A stretch of 58,938 nt of DNA, counting the filler, from Dugesia japonica (Eukaryota), in NCBI GenBank assembly GCA_001938525.1. It is 6 parts of 6 records of this genome, joined end to end, with 100 filler letters (N's around TTAATTAATTAA, not from the genome) between each part and the next. Parts side by side here need not be neighbours in the genome. Positions count along the whole stretch, not along the records: positions 43,956 to 58,938 come from MQRL01607775.1; 5 more parts are not named here. One strand, given 5' to 3'. Below the pieces are notes generated by a model. It saw only the letters and a program-made list of their open reading frames with translations, had not been told where the DNA came from and ran no database searches. The position numbers were made by a program, and so were the translations under genes. Of the stretch, positions 49,486-58,938 are shown piece by piece. How positions within the stretch are numbered: position 1 is the stretch's first letter; each line of letters starts with the position of its first letter.

Positions 49486-51419
49486 ATTTTTCTTATTTTA
49501 ATAGATCCATATTGTTCTACGTTTTTATGGTACTTAAGCAGTTACCTTAACTTTACTGAAATATATGAGGTCCAGCAAAACCTATTGTTGATCCACATTT
49601 ATGTGCGTGGCTGAAATGAATATTAGTGATTATCAATCAATGATGTCAATATAGTTTTTTGCTTAGGAGTCTGGTTTTTCGATAAAATTAATATTCATTA
49701 AAAATACTAAAAGTACTTAAACTTTTCAAGTTCCTCAAAACGTTTACAGATCTCAAAAAAAAATTATTTACCATAACATAGTTTTCAAGATACTTTTCAA
49801 GCATAATCCAAAAACTATTGAATGTTTATGGCTTAAATTGCAGTCAATTNAAAAAATTATGGTTTGAAAATAATTTAATTTAAAAACAAAAAAAAAGTAT
49901 ACAGAAAGCTTAGCATAAAAATAATTCGCATTGATATAGTTTATTATATTTCTAATTTTGATTTAACTTATTTTTGATTGTTTCCATTATAACTTTATGA
50001 AAACAAAAATGGTGAGTGGAAATCAGAACAGTGGCCATAAAATGTTTGATTTCTAATTAACATTTATTCACTTAACCAAGACTTAATCCAGAAAAGAAAA
50101 GTTACAGAAATTATCAGAAATTACAGATATAAAAAACAAAAACCTAAGTAAACTGATTCATTGAAAGAATTAAGGAAACCTCCAAAACTATTAGATTTTC
50201 ATTATTAAATAGGATTAAAAAAAAGGTTCAACTTGTTTATCATAAATTTATTTTGATATAATTATATTTATTGAAATTTGGTAAAGTTATTATTTTCTTT
50301 ATTATTTTAAATAAAATTTTTAATTTTATAACTAATATTTGACATTAATAAACTTTATAATTTCTTTATATAATTAAGAATCCTATGCAATTTGAAAATA
50401 TTATCTGGATAACGACAAAGTTCAACACAAGAGTTCCTTTTATAAATGGATATAAGTTTGAGAAAGCATCGATTTATAAAGAATGTATTTATTGGAGATT
50501 CATTAATTCAGAATGCAATGTAAAATTGAAAACAAGCTCTGATGCTTTGATCTCCATTAATGGAGTTCACATTCATATCAACAGGCAGAGAGCAATTTCA
50601 ACTGTGAAATAAAGAAAATGGTGGCTACTCACCTTTTCTATTCTGCAAAAAAATATACGATGTGATAAAAATAAAAATGAATGCGTTGCTGGTTGAAAAC
50701 GCAGATAAAACAGCGATATTGAACAACATGCGATCGTTTGACAGTATAAAATAGTCAATTTATTCTCAAAAACACAAAATGTATTCAGTGATAAAGAACA
50801 ATAGATAATAATTACTGGATTTCCATTGACTGGGAGAAGATAGATAGTGGCACACGGGCACAATTTGGTAATGAGCCAAAATTTAGGCACTATTATTTTT
50901 AAGCAGTTATCGAGCCCCCTCCCCCGGTGGGGCTCAGAAACACATTACGCTTAAGCTGCGTTTTTTAACCATGATTTTTGTGATCGATTTTTTTTCTAAG
51001 ATTTTTAGGATCAAAAAACTTTTGATCGGATCAAATTTTTTTTTGATCTGATTAGTTTTTTTGATCCTGAAGGTGTGTGTGTATTTTAAAATTTTCTTTG
51101 TGTTTGGGTTGTTAAGGTGCTTTTAGAAAAGTAGGTCAAGTTTAGTTTGTGTGTGTAGTAGTGTGTGTGTATGTGTGTAAAAGACTGAAAAAACGAGGAG
51201 GAGTACCTGGAGATCTTGGAGGTAATTTTTTTTTGATTTTGAAGATTTATTTCTTGTCGGACAAAAGTTTGGTCTATATATTGTCTAAAGGACTTATGAG
51301 TTTGGATGGATGGTTTTCATCACAAGGGTAGTGGCACATGGGCACAAAATATGAGTTATCGTGGGGGGGTTTTCTTTTGGTTGTAGTTTTTTATGTTGTT
51401 GATGGAATTTGTAGTTTGA

Positions 51420-51520
51420 TGGAAATTCAAAAAAACTTATTTTGGCGGCAAATTCAAAAAAAATTATTTTGGCAAGGAAATTCAAAAAAAATTATTTTGG
51501 CGGGAAATTGAAAAAAAGGA
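51420..51520. repeat. ~28-bp tandem repeat x3.5
   Basis: GGAAATTCAAAAAAAATTATTTTGGC units. Confidence 0.8.
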
Positions 51521-52200
51521 AATTTTTCATTGCAATGGGGGGAAATCTTTTATTGCAATTAANNNNNNNNNNNNNNNNNNNNNNNNNNNNNNNNNNNNNN
51601 NNNNNNNNNNNNNNNNNNNNNNNNNNNNNNNNNNNNNNNNNNNNNNNNNNNNNNNNNNNNNNNNNNNNNNNNNNNNNNNNNNNNNNNNNNNNAGATATTA
51701 ATGAATGTAATATATGATTTATGAGTGTAATATTTGTATATTTACATTGTATTATTTACTTAGCAGTTATGTAATATAGGTTTTATGAGTACATCATTTA
51801 CTTAACAACTATGTATTTTTTTCTCTAATAACTGTGTAATATAAGGCTTATGAGGGTTTTTTACGTAGAATAGTTTGATTATCATTTTCTTTTCTCGATT
51901 TTCTTTAATTAATTCATAATTTAGTATATTATTTTAACGAATGAATTAAATTAAATTCATCAAAACACCAATGTTCCTCTTTATTTCATTAATTATGATA
52001 ATCAATGTTTAATACAAAGGTGAAATGATGCAAAGAAAATAAGCTTTCCTACAGGCAAACCATTTCAATTTAAAGTCAAAATCGACAAATTTACAATTAT
52101 GTACTTAAGATCAATAAAATTTTGAATAATGAGTTGTAAGATAATGGCGCGTATCCCCTCTTGATTTTATCCCTAAAAAGGCCTCCCCCTTTTTTAACAA

Positions 52201-52320
52201 GAGGATAAAAATTTAAAAGAAATTAAAAAAGGGGATAAAATTTTTAAAAGAAATTAAAAAAGGGGATAAAAATTTAAAAGAAATTTAAAAAGGGGATAAA
52301 ATTTTTAAAAGAAATTTAAA
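52201..52320. repeat. 30-31-bp tandem repeat x4
   Basis: GGGGATAAAA(A/T)TTTAAAAGAAATTAAAAAA units abutting the right TIR. Confidence 0.9.
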
Positions 52321-52649
52321 ATAATTGTGCTCGAATTTTGGCTCATTGCCAAAATGTACCCGTGTGCCACTATCTATCTACTAATGGGGTAAAAAGAAAA
52401 TATATAGATACAAGAATTAACAACTTAAAAAGTCTATTGGTTGATGATGAAAATTATTCATTGATAAGTTATATGATCAATATAATTAATGCGATAAAAT
52501 TTATAATTGAATAAATAAAATTTCATTTTATTTCAATTTTTATTTTTTGATATTTGTATTAAATCTTTAAAAATTTGTAATTTTTATCAACAATTTTTAA
52601 TATCAATTTTTGCAGTAATTTGATTAAATCTTTAAAAATTTAAATTAAG

Positions 52650-53220
52650 ATGTTATGGCCAATAAAAAGACACCAAATAAAAAGATGAGAAAATAATGTT
52701 ATGTTATGTCGTCTTATAAACACATTGTTTTTATGGATGAAACTGGTTTTAAGTTATATACCTCAATCAATGTTGGATATTCATCAGATAATATGAAATG
52801 AATATTACGTCAACTGATTAAAAGGTAACAATCTTTCTATAGTGTTTAGTAATATGTATAACTGCAAAACAAACATGACATGCTTATAAAGAGCCTTTAC
52901 TAAATATACATTCTTAAATTTCTTAAATCAATGTTTCAAAAAAAACATATTCACTAATGTATATATTGTGCTTATGGACAATATGAGATTTCATAATTGT
53001 CGTGAAATATAGGATTTTTTTAGACAAAAATAATGTTACGCCCGTTTATTTGCTTCTATAATGTACAAATTTCAATTCAACAAACAAATTATGTTTATCC
53101 TAATTAGATTTTGTGCAGTTAACTATGCACAATTATGAATCAATATTCAAGGGGTTTTGAATGTTTTAAAAGAACAAGATATTTCTTGTTACTATGAACA
53201 TTTCTGGAGTAAATTTAATA
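52650..53220 (+). mobile_element. Tc1/IS630-like transposase remnant
   Basis: HIVFMDETGFKLYTS..GYS; GNNLSI; IVLMDNMRFH. Confidence 0.75.
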
Positions 53221-53317
53221 ATTCTACAATTACTATAATTGCTAGAGTAATTGTTGAGCATAAACATTAATCTTTTTTGGGATTTTATTAAAATAAAGCT
53301 TCGATCAAATCGACTTC

Positions 53318-53352
53318 AATTCCTGACGAAGACAAAGTCGAAAATTAGAATT
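53318..53352 (+). ncRNA. Minimal type I hammerhead ribozyme (PLE family A)
   Basis: aattc-CTGACGA-a-GAC aaa GTC-GAAA-at-TA-gaatt. 5-bp stem I, palindromic AATT stem III, UUA triplet. Confidence 0.8.
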
Positions 53353-53640
53353 TTCATCACAAAACAAAAATAAATTTGAATGAAGTTTTATTATTGAAAG
53401 TTTTATTTTATCAAATCTAAAATTAATAAATTGAATTTAAACCAGTTTTAAAATTTATTTCTTTTTATTTGTGTTTATTTATTTATGAAATTTTGTTCAT
53501 CTTTTATGAAATTGACTGTAAATGAACTTTTATAATTACAATTATTGAGAGAATAATTGTTGGACTTAACCATTGATCGCATTTGAGATTTCATTAAAAT
53601 AAAGAAAAAGCTTCGATCAAATTAAAATATATATTTTTAG

Positions 53641-53678
53641 ATATTCAAATTTTCGACAATTGTCTTCTTCATGAATAT
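53641..53678 (-). ncRNA. Hammerhead copy with C3-to-A core mutation (probably inactive)
   Basis: Minus strand: atattc-ATGAAGA-a-GAC aatt GTC-GAAA-at-TT-gaatat. Confidence 0.6.
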
Positions 53679-54699
53679 GATGATTTTTGGAAACTTTTCC
53701 TGTCAATGCAAACTCTTTATCATATTATTCAGTAAATTGTTAACTTAAATAATTTTAAGTGCTTAAAATGAAAAGCGACAAAGTATAATAAATTTACTGT
53801 CATTTTATTTAAACTGGAATAAATGTAATACTTGAAAAGAAAAATGTGAGAAATCACACATCGTTTCTGGTTAAATACGTAGTCGAAATATAAAATGTCA
53901 ACATTGTACTGCCCTCTGAAATGACATTGTGGTGTTAAAATATTATTGAATATATCAAAATAAAACTAAAGCGTAAAAGTATACCGGTAAATATTGTAAG
54001 CAACGCAAATCCTTACATTTTTAACTTAAAAGAAAATATTTTGAATCGATTTTATTAGCTAATTTAATAATAAAATTATAAATACAAANCAAACTTTTTT
54101 TCAATGGAAAATATTTACACCGTATTAAAATAAATAAATAAAACTGACAGACTTATTATTACTTGATAATTTCTTCATTATTTAACTTCATTATATAAAT
54201 GAATATTCTTGTTAATTAAATATTCAGTTGTATTTAAACAAAACTAATAATATTTAATGTAAAATTTACTTTTATAAAATATTTAAAAATTAATTATAAT
54301 AGCAAAATCGATTGATACTACTATGGATTTATATCTATCTTTTATTAATTAATTTCCGATAATTTCTATAATAAATTAATGAGAATTCAATATTGCTAAG
54401 TGTAAAATGTTTGTTATTCGTATATTCTTAATAGGTTTCTTTGAATAACCATTATCATAAATAACTAAAATTTTATTTCTAGAATTTTTAATAAGAAATT
54501 GAAATAAAATAATTCTAATCGATATTTTAATTATTTATTATTTTTTTCCTTATATTTATCATCATCATCATCATTATGAGGAAATAATTATTAACTAATA
54601 ATTCCACCCAATAGAAATTGAGTTATATAAATATTAATATTGAAATGCTTGTATTTTAATATTATTTATATTATGCAAGATGTGTTGTAGTAGTAAAAT

Positions 54700-55330
54700 A
54701 AATGATGTCTCAAAGTATTAGTAGTGATTTGCAAAAGGAATTAACAATTGAATATTTACCTAACATGGTGATAGCAGTAAATACCGATTCTATTATAGAG
54801 AGGTTATTGCCGAATGTGTTCTGCAGAAATTCATCAAACAGTGTGAATTTTAATAATCCATCTGAAACAACAGGAGAGATTAGTCTCTTGTTTGTTAGAT
54901 GTAGATTTGTTTGAAGAATTTGCAAAGACGTCGAAAAAATGTGAAAGGTTTTTAGGCTCGTTTACTTATGGCATTTGAAAAAGAGAAAGATTTTATCAAA
55001 TATTTTCAAAATTTTATTAACTACAGTCGTAGAGAGATTCCAATGAAGAGATTTAAGTTTATTTCAAAATTGTAAAATATTTAGTAAAAAGATTATTTGC
55101 AAATAAAGATTTTACCGATGAAAAAATGGTAGAAAAGATGCTAATATATTGTTCAGATAAGTAAAAGGTTGAAGAAGTCACTTTGCGGAAACGAGAAAAT
55201 ATAGAGGAAATTGAAGAAACAGTGATATTAGTAGATAAATAGGGAATATCAGAGATCGAGTTGATGCAGTTAGAAGTTACGCGAGAGTTACAAATCGAAA
55301 TAATTACAGTAAATGTAGAGCAAAGAAAGG
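54700..55330 (+). mobile_element. Gypsy gag remnant, same family as 15232-15986
   Basis: MAFEKEKDFIKYFQNFINY..LVKRLFANKDFTDEKMVEKMLIYCSD..RVDAVRSYARV versus MAFEKEKYVIKYFENLINY..LVKRLFTNKYFTEEK..QVDAVRSNARV. Confidence 0.8.
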
Positions 55331-55379
55331 GTAATTAGTAAATAAGTAAAAAGTGGGTAATAAGTAAATATTTTGATAT

Positions 55380-56030
55380 CTAAAGGGTTAATGAGTGTAT
55401 AACGTTTATGAGTATATTATTTGCATAGTTACTCTGGATTATAGGGTTTATGAGTGTATTTTTTGTATAGTTACCTTGTATTACTTACTTAGCAGTCGTT
55501 ATATATATATGTGTGTGTGTGTTTTGTGTGTATTATTTACATACTTACTATGTATTATAGGGTTTATGAATATATTATTTACATTTTAACCGTGCAATAT
55601 AAGCTTAGCGAGTGTATTATATACATTNNNNNNNNNNNCTATATGATTTATGTTTGAATTATTTACAAAGCCATCATGAAATATAAGGTATATGTGTGCA
55701 TTATTTACATAGAAACCCTGTATTATAGAGTTAATGAGTATATTATTTACATATTAATCGTGTAATATAAGGTTAACAAGTGTATTATTTACATATGAAC
55801 TATGAAATATATGGTTTATAAGGTTATTATTTTAATAGGTACCTTAACTTATAGAGTTTATTTATAATATTCAGATAACAAATCATAGTTATCATGTTTT
55901 ATTTACTTGACAACCATGAAATATATGGTTCATGAGTTTATTATTTGTGTAGTTACCTTGTATTATATACATAGTAACCGTGTAATATAAGGTTAACGAG
56001 TGTATTATTTACATAGTAACCATGTGTTGT
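55380..56030. repeat. Degenerate ~42-bp satellite array
   Basis: Consensus about TGTATTATTTACATAGTAACCGTGTAATATAAGGTTAACGAG; related units at 51694-51860. Confidence 0.8.
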
Positions 56031-56864
56031 ATAGTCTACAAACAAATCAGATATCAAGATCTATTTACAACTTCATGCGGTCAACAATGTTTATTATGGT
56101 TGAAAAAAACAACATTGTACTTGACAATATTTATTTGTTTTTTTTGTAAAAATTAAATGTTTTTTATTGAAATGAAATCTTTGTTATTTATTAAAACTAA
56201 GAATAAAAAGAATAAAACAGCATTTATTTATAAAATATTTGTAAATAATATCATATTAATACATGTTTTTATTATTATTTTGATACGTTTTATTATCAAA
56301 AAATTAAAATTATTTTAAAATACTGCAACGTAATATATCTGTAATGTTTTAAATTAATTTGAAATTTTAAAATACGCACATACTCGAATTTGATTGGTTA
56401 GATTTGAAAACCTTGAAAAAATTTATTATTATTCATCCCAATTTCAAATTATTTTTATAAAACCAGTAAACAAATTCAAGAGAACTTCAAGTAATTTATT
56501 AATATTATTACCATTATTAACTTTTATTTTTAGAATTATCATGAAAAGAAGACTTATTTCAACTATGAATGCTGTAAGATTGTTATTATTTATTATTATT
56601 AATAAATTAATTATGTAGTTTAGAATTTTAACGAAATGAGACATGAAAGTGAAGGATCTTGGATGTTTGTGAATGGAGATTCGCGAAAGTTTTTTTAATA
56701 TTATTTTAAAAAGTTAAATTTTATTAAAATTTTAAAAACTATTATGAAAAACAAATATTCCATGTCGATTTCCATGATATGTTCCATGATATGATAATAT
56801 GAAGAAATGCTCTATGTTTCTTTTAATGAAAAGGTTCTATTCTTTTATCATTTTTCTGAGAAAA

Positions 56865-57002
56865 TTGTATCGCTAATATGATTTATTTTGGAACATTGCA
56901 TCACCAATATGATTTATTTTAGAAAATTGCAACGCTAATGAGATTTTATATTAAAAATTGCGTCACTGATGAGATTTACTTTGAAAACTTGCATCACTAA
57001 TC
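56865..57002. repeat. 31-bp tandem repeat x4.5
   Basis: TTGCATCACTAATR(T/A)GATTTATTTTRGAAAA units at 31-nt period. Confidence 0.8.
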
Positions 57003-57332
57003 AGAACATTGTAAATTTTAAAACCATTGCGCAAGTGCGAGTCACAATGGTGACTGCCATAGTATCATGGAAGGATACTATGGCCAATGGTTTTATGGAA
57101 AAAATTATTTTGTGCTTCCTAATTGTAAGGTATTAGGTTTAGGTGACTACTTAAGTTTTTATAGGACACATAAGAAACACTTAAGTTTTTTTAGTGAACG
57201 TAAAAAAATAGTTTAAAATCAATATTAGATAGACAGATAGATAGTGAGTTTTATGAAGCACCAGTAAATAAGAGAATTNNNNNNNNNNNNNNNNNNNNNN
57301 NNNNNNNNNNNNNNNNNNNNNNNNNNNNNNNN

Positions 57333-58612
57333 GATGACGTTAAAGAAATAATAATCAAGGATGAACCAGTTGAAATAATTGAATATGTTGTTGAATAAAT
57401 CATCAATTTAAAACCGGAAGAAGAAACAGCCAATATTGTACAAGAAGAAGATACAATCAATACTAAATCATATGATTTGAACAGTTTTGAAGTACTTGAT
57501 GATCTTGATGAAGAAGATATCGTGTTACAACAATTTATGGATGCAGAAGCGGAAAATAATAATCAAGTTGGTGGATCAGCAAATAATACTGTGGATGATG
57601 TAGTTATTATAGAATCAGATTTGTATCGCTGTTCATAGGATACTTAAAATAGATGTTTCAAGACGGAATTGTTGTGAAATAATTTTACCAGAAGCAATAG
57701 TTGCAAAATTATTTCAGACAATAGAAGAAATGAAACAGGTTGAAATTCNNNNNNNNNNNNNNNNNNNNNNNNNNNNNNNNNNNNNNNNNNNNNNNNNNTA
57801 AAACCTGTAAAATATTGAATAGAGCCGTTGCATTATCTGATAACTTTTTTAAAGATGGTATCATACAATTAATTGAAAAAATAACAATACGAAGCAAACT
57901 AGGCTCCAGTTGTATGTTGAATCGAATACTAGAAATTATTTTTAAGATCACAGATATATGTTAACTTTCAGGAAAAAGTTATATTCCAAAACCAAACGAT
58001 TTAAAAAAGGAAAGAGGCCATTGTAAACATCAAGAACGATGACAATAACTGTTTTATTTACAGTATTCTTGCTATCGTCAAAAAAGATCAAGTTAGAGGA
58101 AGGAAAAAACACCGCATAACATTATACAAAAAATACATGTCGGAGCTTGTATTTGACAAAGAGAATATGCCGATGAAACTGAATAATATAATAAAGTTCG
58201 AAAAGAATAATCTAGGACTATAAAACAATGTTCTATCGTGGAATCAAGAATCGGTGAAGTATAAAGAAGATGAAGTAATCATGAAACATCTGAATTTGGA
58301 CATAAGATACAGGTCAAAAGTGATAGACCGATAAATAATATATCTGGTTTTACATGAAAATAACAACAGATTTCATTACACCGCAGTAATGAACATAAAT
58401 CAACTAATAAACAGGGATAATAAAGGGCAGGGTGTTCTTATTTGATCTACATGGTGTCCTAACTGTCTAAACGGGTTCAAAGATAAANNNACTTATGAGA
58501 AGCATGAACCAATTTGCAAAAGAAAATCCAGACAGGTACTACCGTGTATATAGACGAACTTGATTTTTAAGGATTATTCAAAAGCAATAACGCCGCTTTT
58601 TGTTATATATAG
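57333..58612 (+). mobile_element. Polinton/Maverick (adintovirus-like) protein-primed DNA polymerase B, N-terminal pseudogene fragment
   Basis: GSSC(GSGW-like)..SYIPKP..AIVNIKNDDNNCFIYSILA..PMKLNNIIKFEKNN..NVL..FHYTAVMNINQLI..WCPNCLNGF..EKHEPIC..FKDYSKAITPLFVIYS, the Polinton PolB N-terminal motif series ending at ExoI (PFVIYADFE). Stops and frameshifts present. Confidence 0.85.
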
Positions 58613-58865
58613 TATTTTTTATTTGTTTACATATGTTATTTTAATTATGTGTTATTTATATTATGATGATAATAAAAGAAAATAATGTAAAAAAACATTT
58701 ATGAAAGTATAACCGGTCCTCTTTAGGACCAAAATTGTACATTGATTGTATATTGATGAATAGAATATGCCTTTATTATTTTATTCGTTTCAGTTTTTTA
58801 TTAGTTTTGTTTTAAAATTATTATTTATTACGGTTTTTGTTATGTATTAAAGAAGAAGAAAAAAA

Positions 58866-58874
58866 TCATCATCG

Positions 58875-58938
<64 letters not shown>
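58866..58938. repeat. (CAT)n microsatellite
   Basis: Seen directly. Confidence 0.95.

Larger units (their letters stand above)
50835..52382. mobile_element. Non-autonomous mini Polinton/Maverick-like element (~1.55 kb including a 130-N gap)
   Basis: ~65-bp TIRs AG(A/T)AGATAGATAGTGGCACACGGG.ACA.TTTGG.AATGAGCCAAAATT (8 mismatches); AG..CT termini; 6-bp TSD ACTGGG/AATGGG; no coding content. Confidence 0.8.
50385..52500 (+). mobile_element. Internally deleted FLYWCH-MULE transposase remnant, interrupted by the 50835-52382 insertion
   Basis: FINGYKF...IYWRF..SECNVKLKT...H.H (FLYWCH); NECVAG*KRR (MULE NN.VEGWH); tail FPLTG|VKRKYIDTRINNLK across the insertion. Confidence 0.7.
53230..53690. mobile_element. 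Cluster of PLE family A pLTR copies in alternating orientation
   Basis: Minus copy 53230-53310, plus copy 53312-53400 and minus copy 53528-53690, all homologous to 3020-3180. Confidence 0.75.

Noticed and set aside
56965-56995. CTGATGA...GAAA as a hammerhead
   Set aside because: It is one variant unit of the 31-bp tandem repeat, and the stems do not form.
1-58938. tRNA, rRNA, spliced-leader RNA and telomeric arrays
   Set aside because: None recognised by eye; tRNAscan-SE and Infernal would be needed to exclude them formally.

Overview
Very AT-rich eukaryotic (animal) genomic DNA, not prokaryotic. The 52-54 nt GT-AG introns, (AAT)n/(CAT)n microsatellites and TE spectrum suggest a planarian-like invertebrate (inference). 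The window is an artificial concatenation of at least six contigs joined by 100-nt linkers (N44-TTAATTAATTAA-N44), so adjacency across linkers means nothing. Host genes are few: a three-exon partial Rab32/38 GTPase, an intronless 397-aa orphan with beta-propeller-like repeats, and a 123-aa putative secreted six-Cys orphan. The rest is decayed transposons: MULE, Zator-like, Tc1/IS630, Mos1-type mariner, Tigger/pogo, hAT, several Ty3/Gypsy elements (one complete, with 107-bp LTRs, nested in another), Penelope-like remnants and Polinton/Maverick pieces. The most notable signals missed by the ORF track are (i) five minimal type I hammerhead ribozyme motifs from two Penelope-like families, three with an intact core, and (ii) a ~1.5-kb non-autonomous Polinton-like element with AG..CT termini, ~65-bp TIRs and a 6-bp TSD, whose removal restores the interrupted MULE reading frame. 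Further Polinton termini and a pPolB remnant lie on the same contig. I cannot demonstrate a wholly new system; these are the best candidates.
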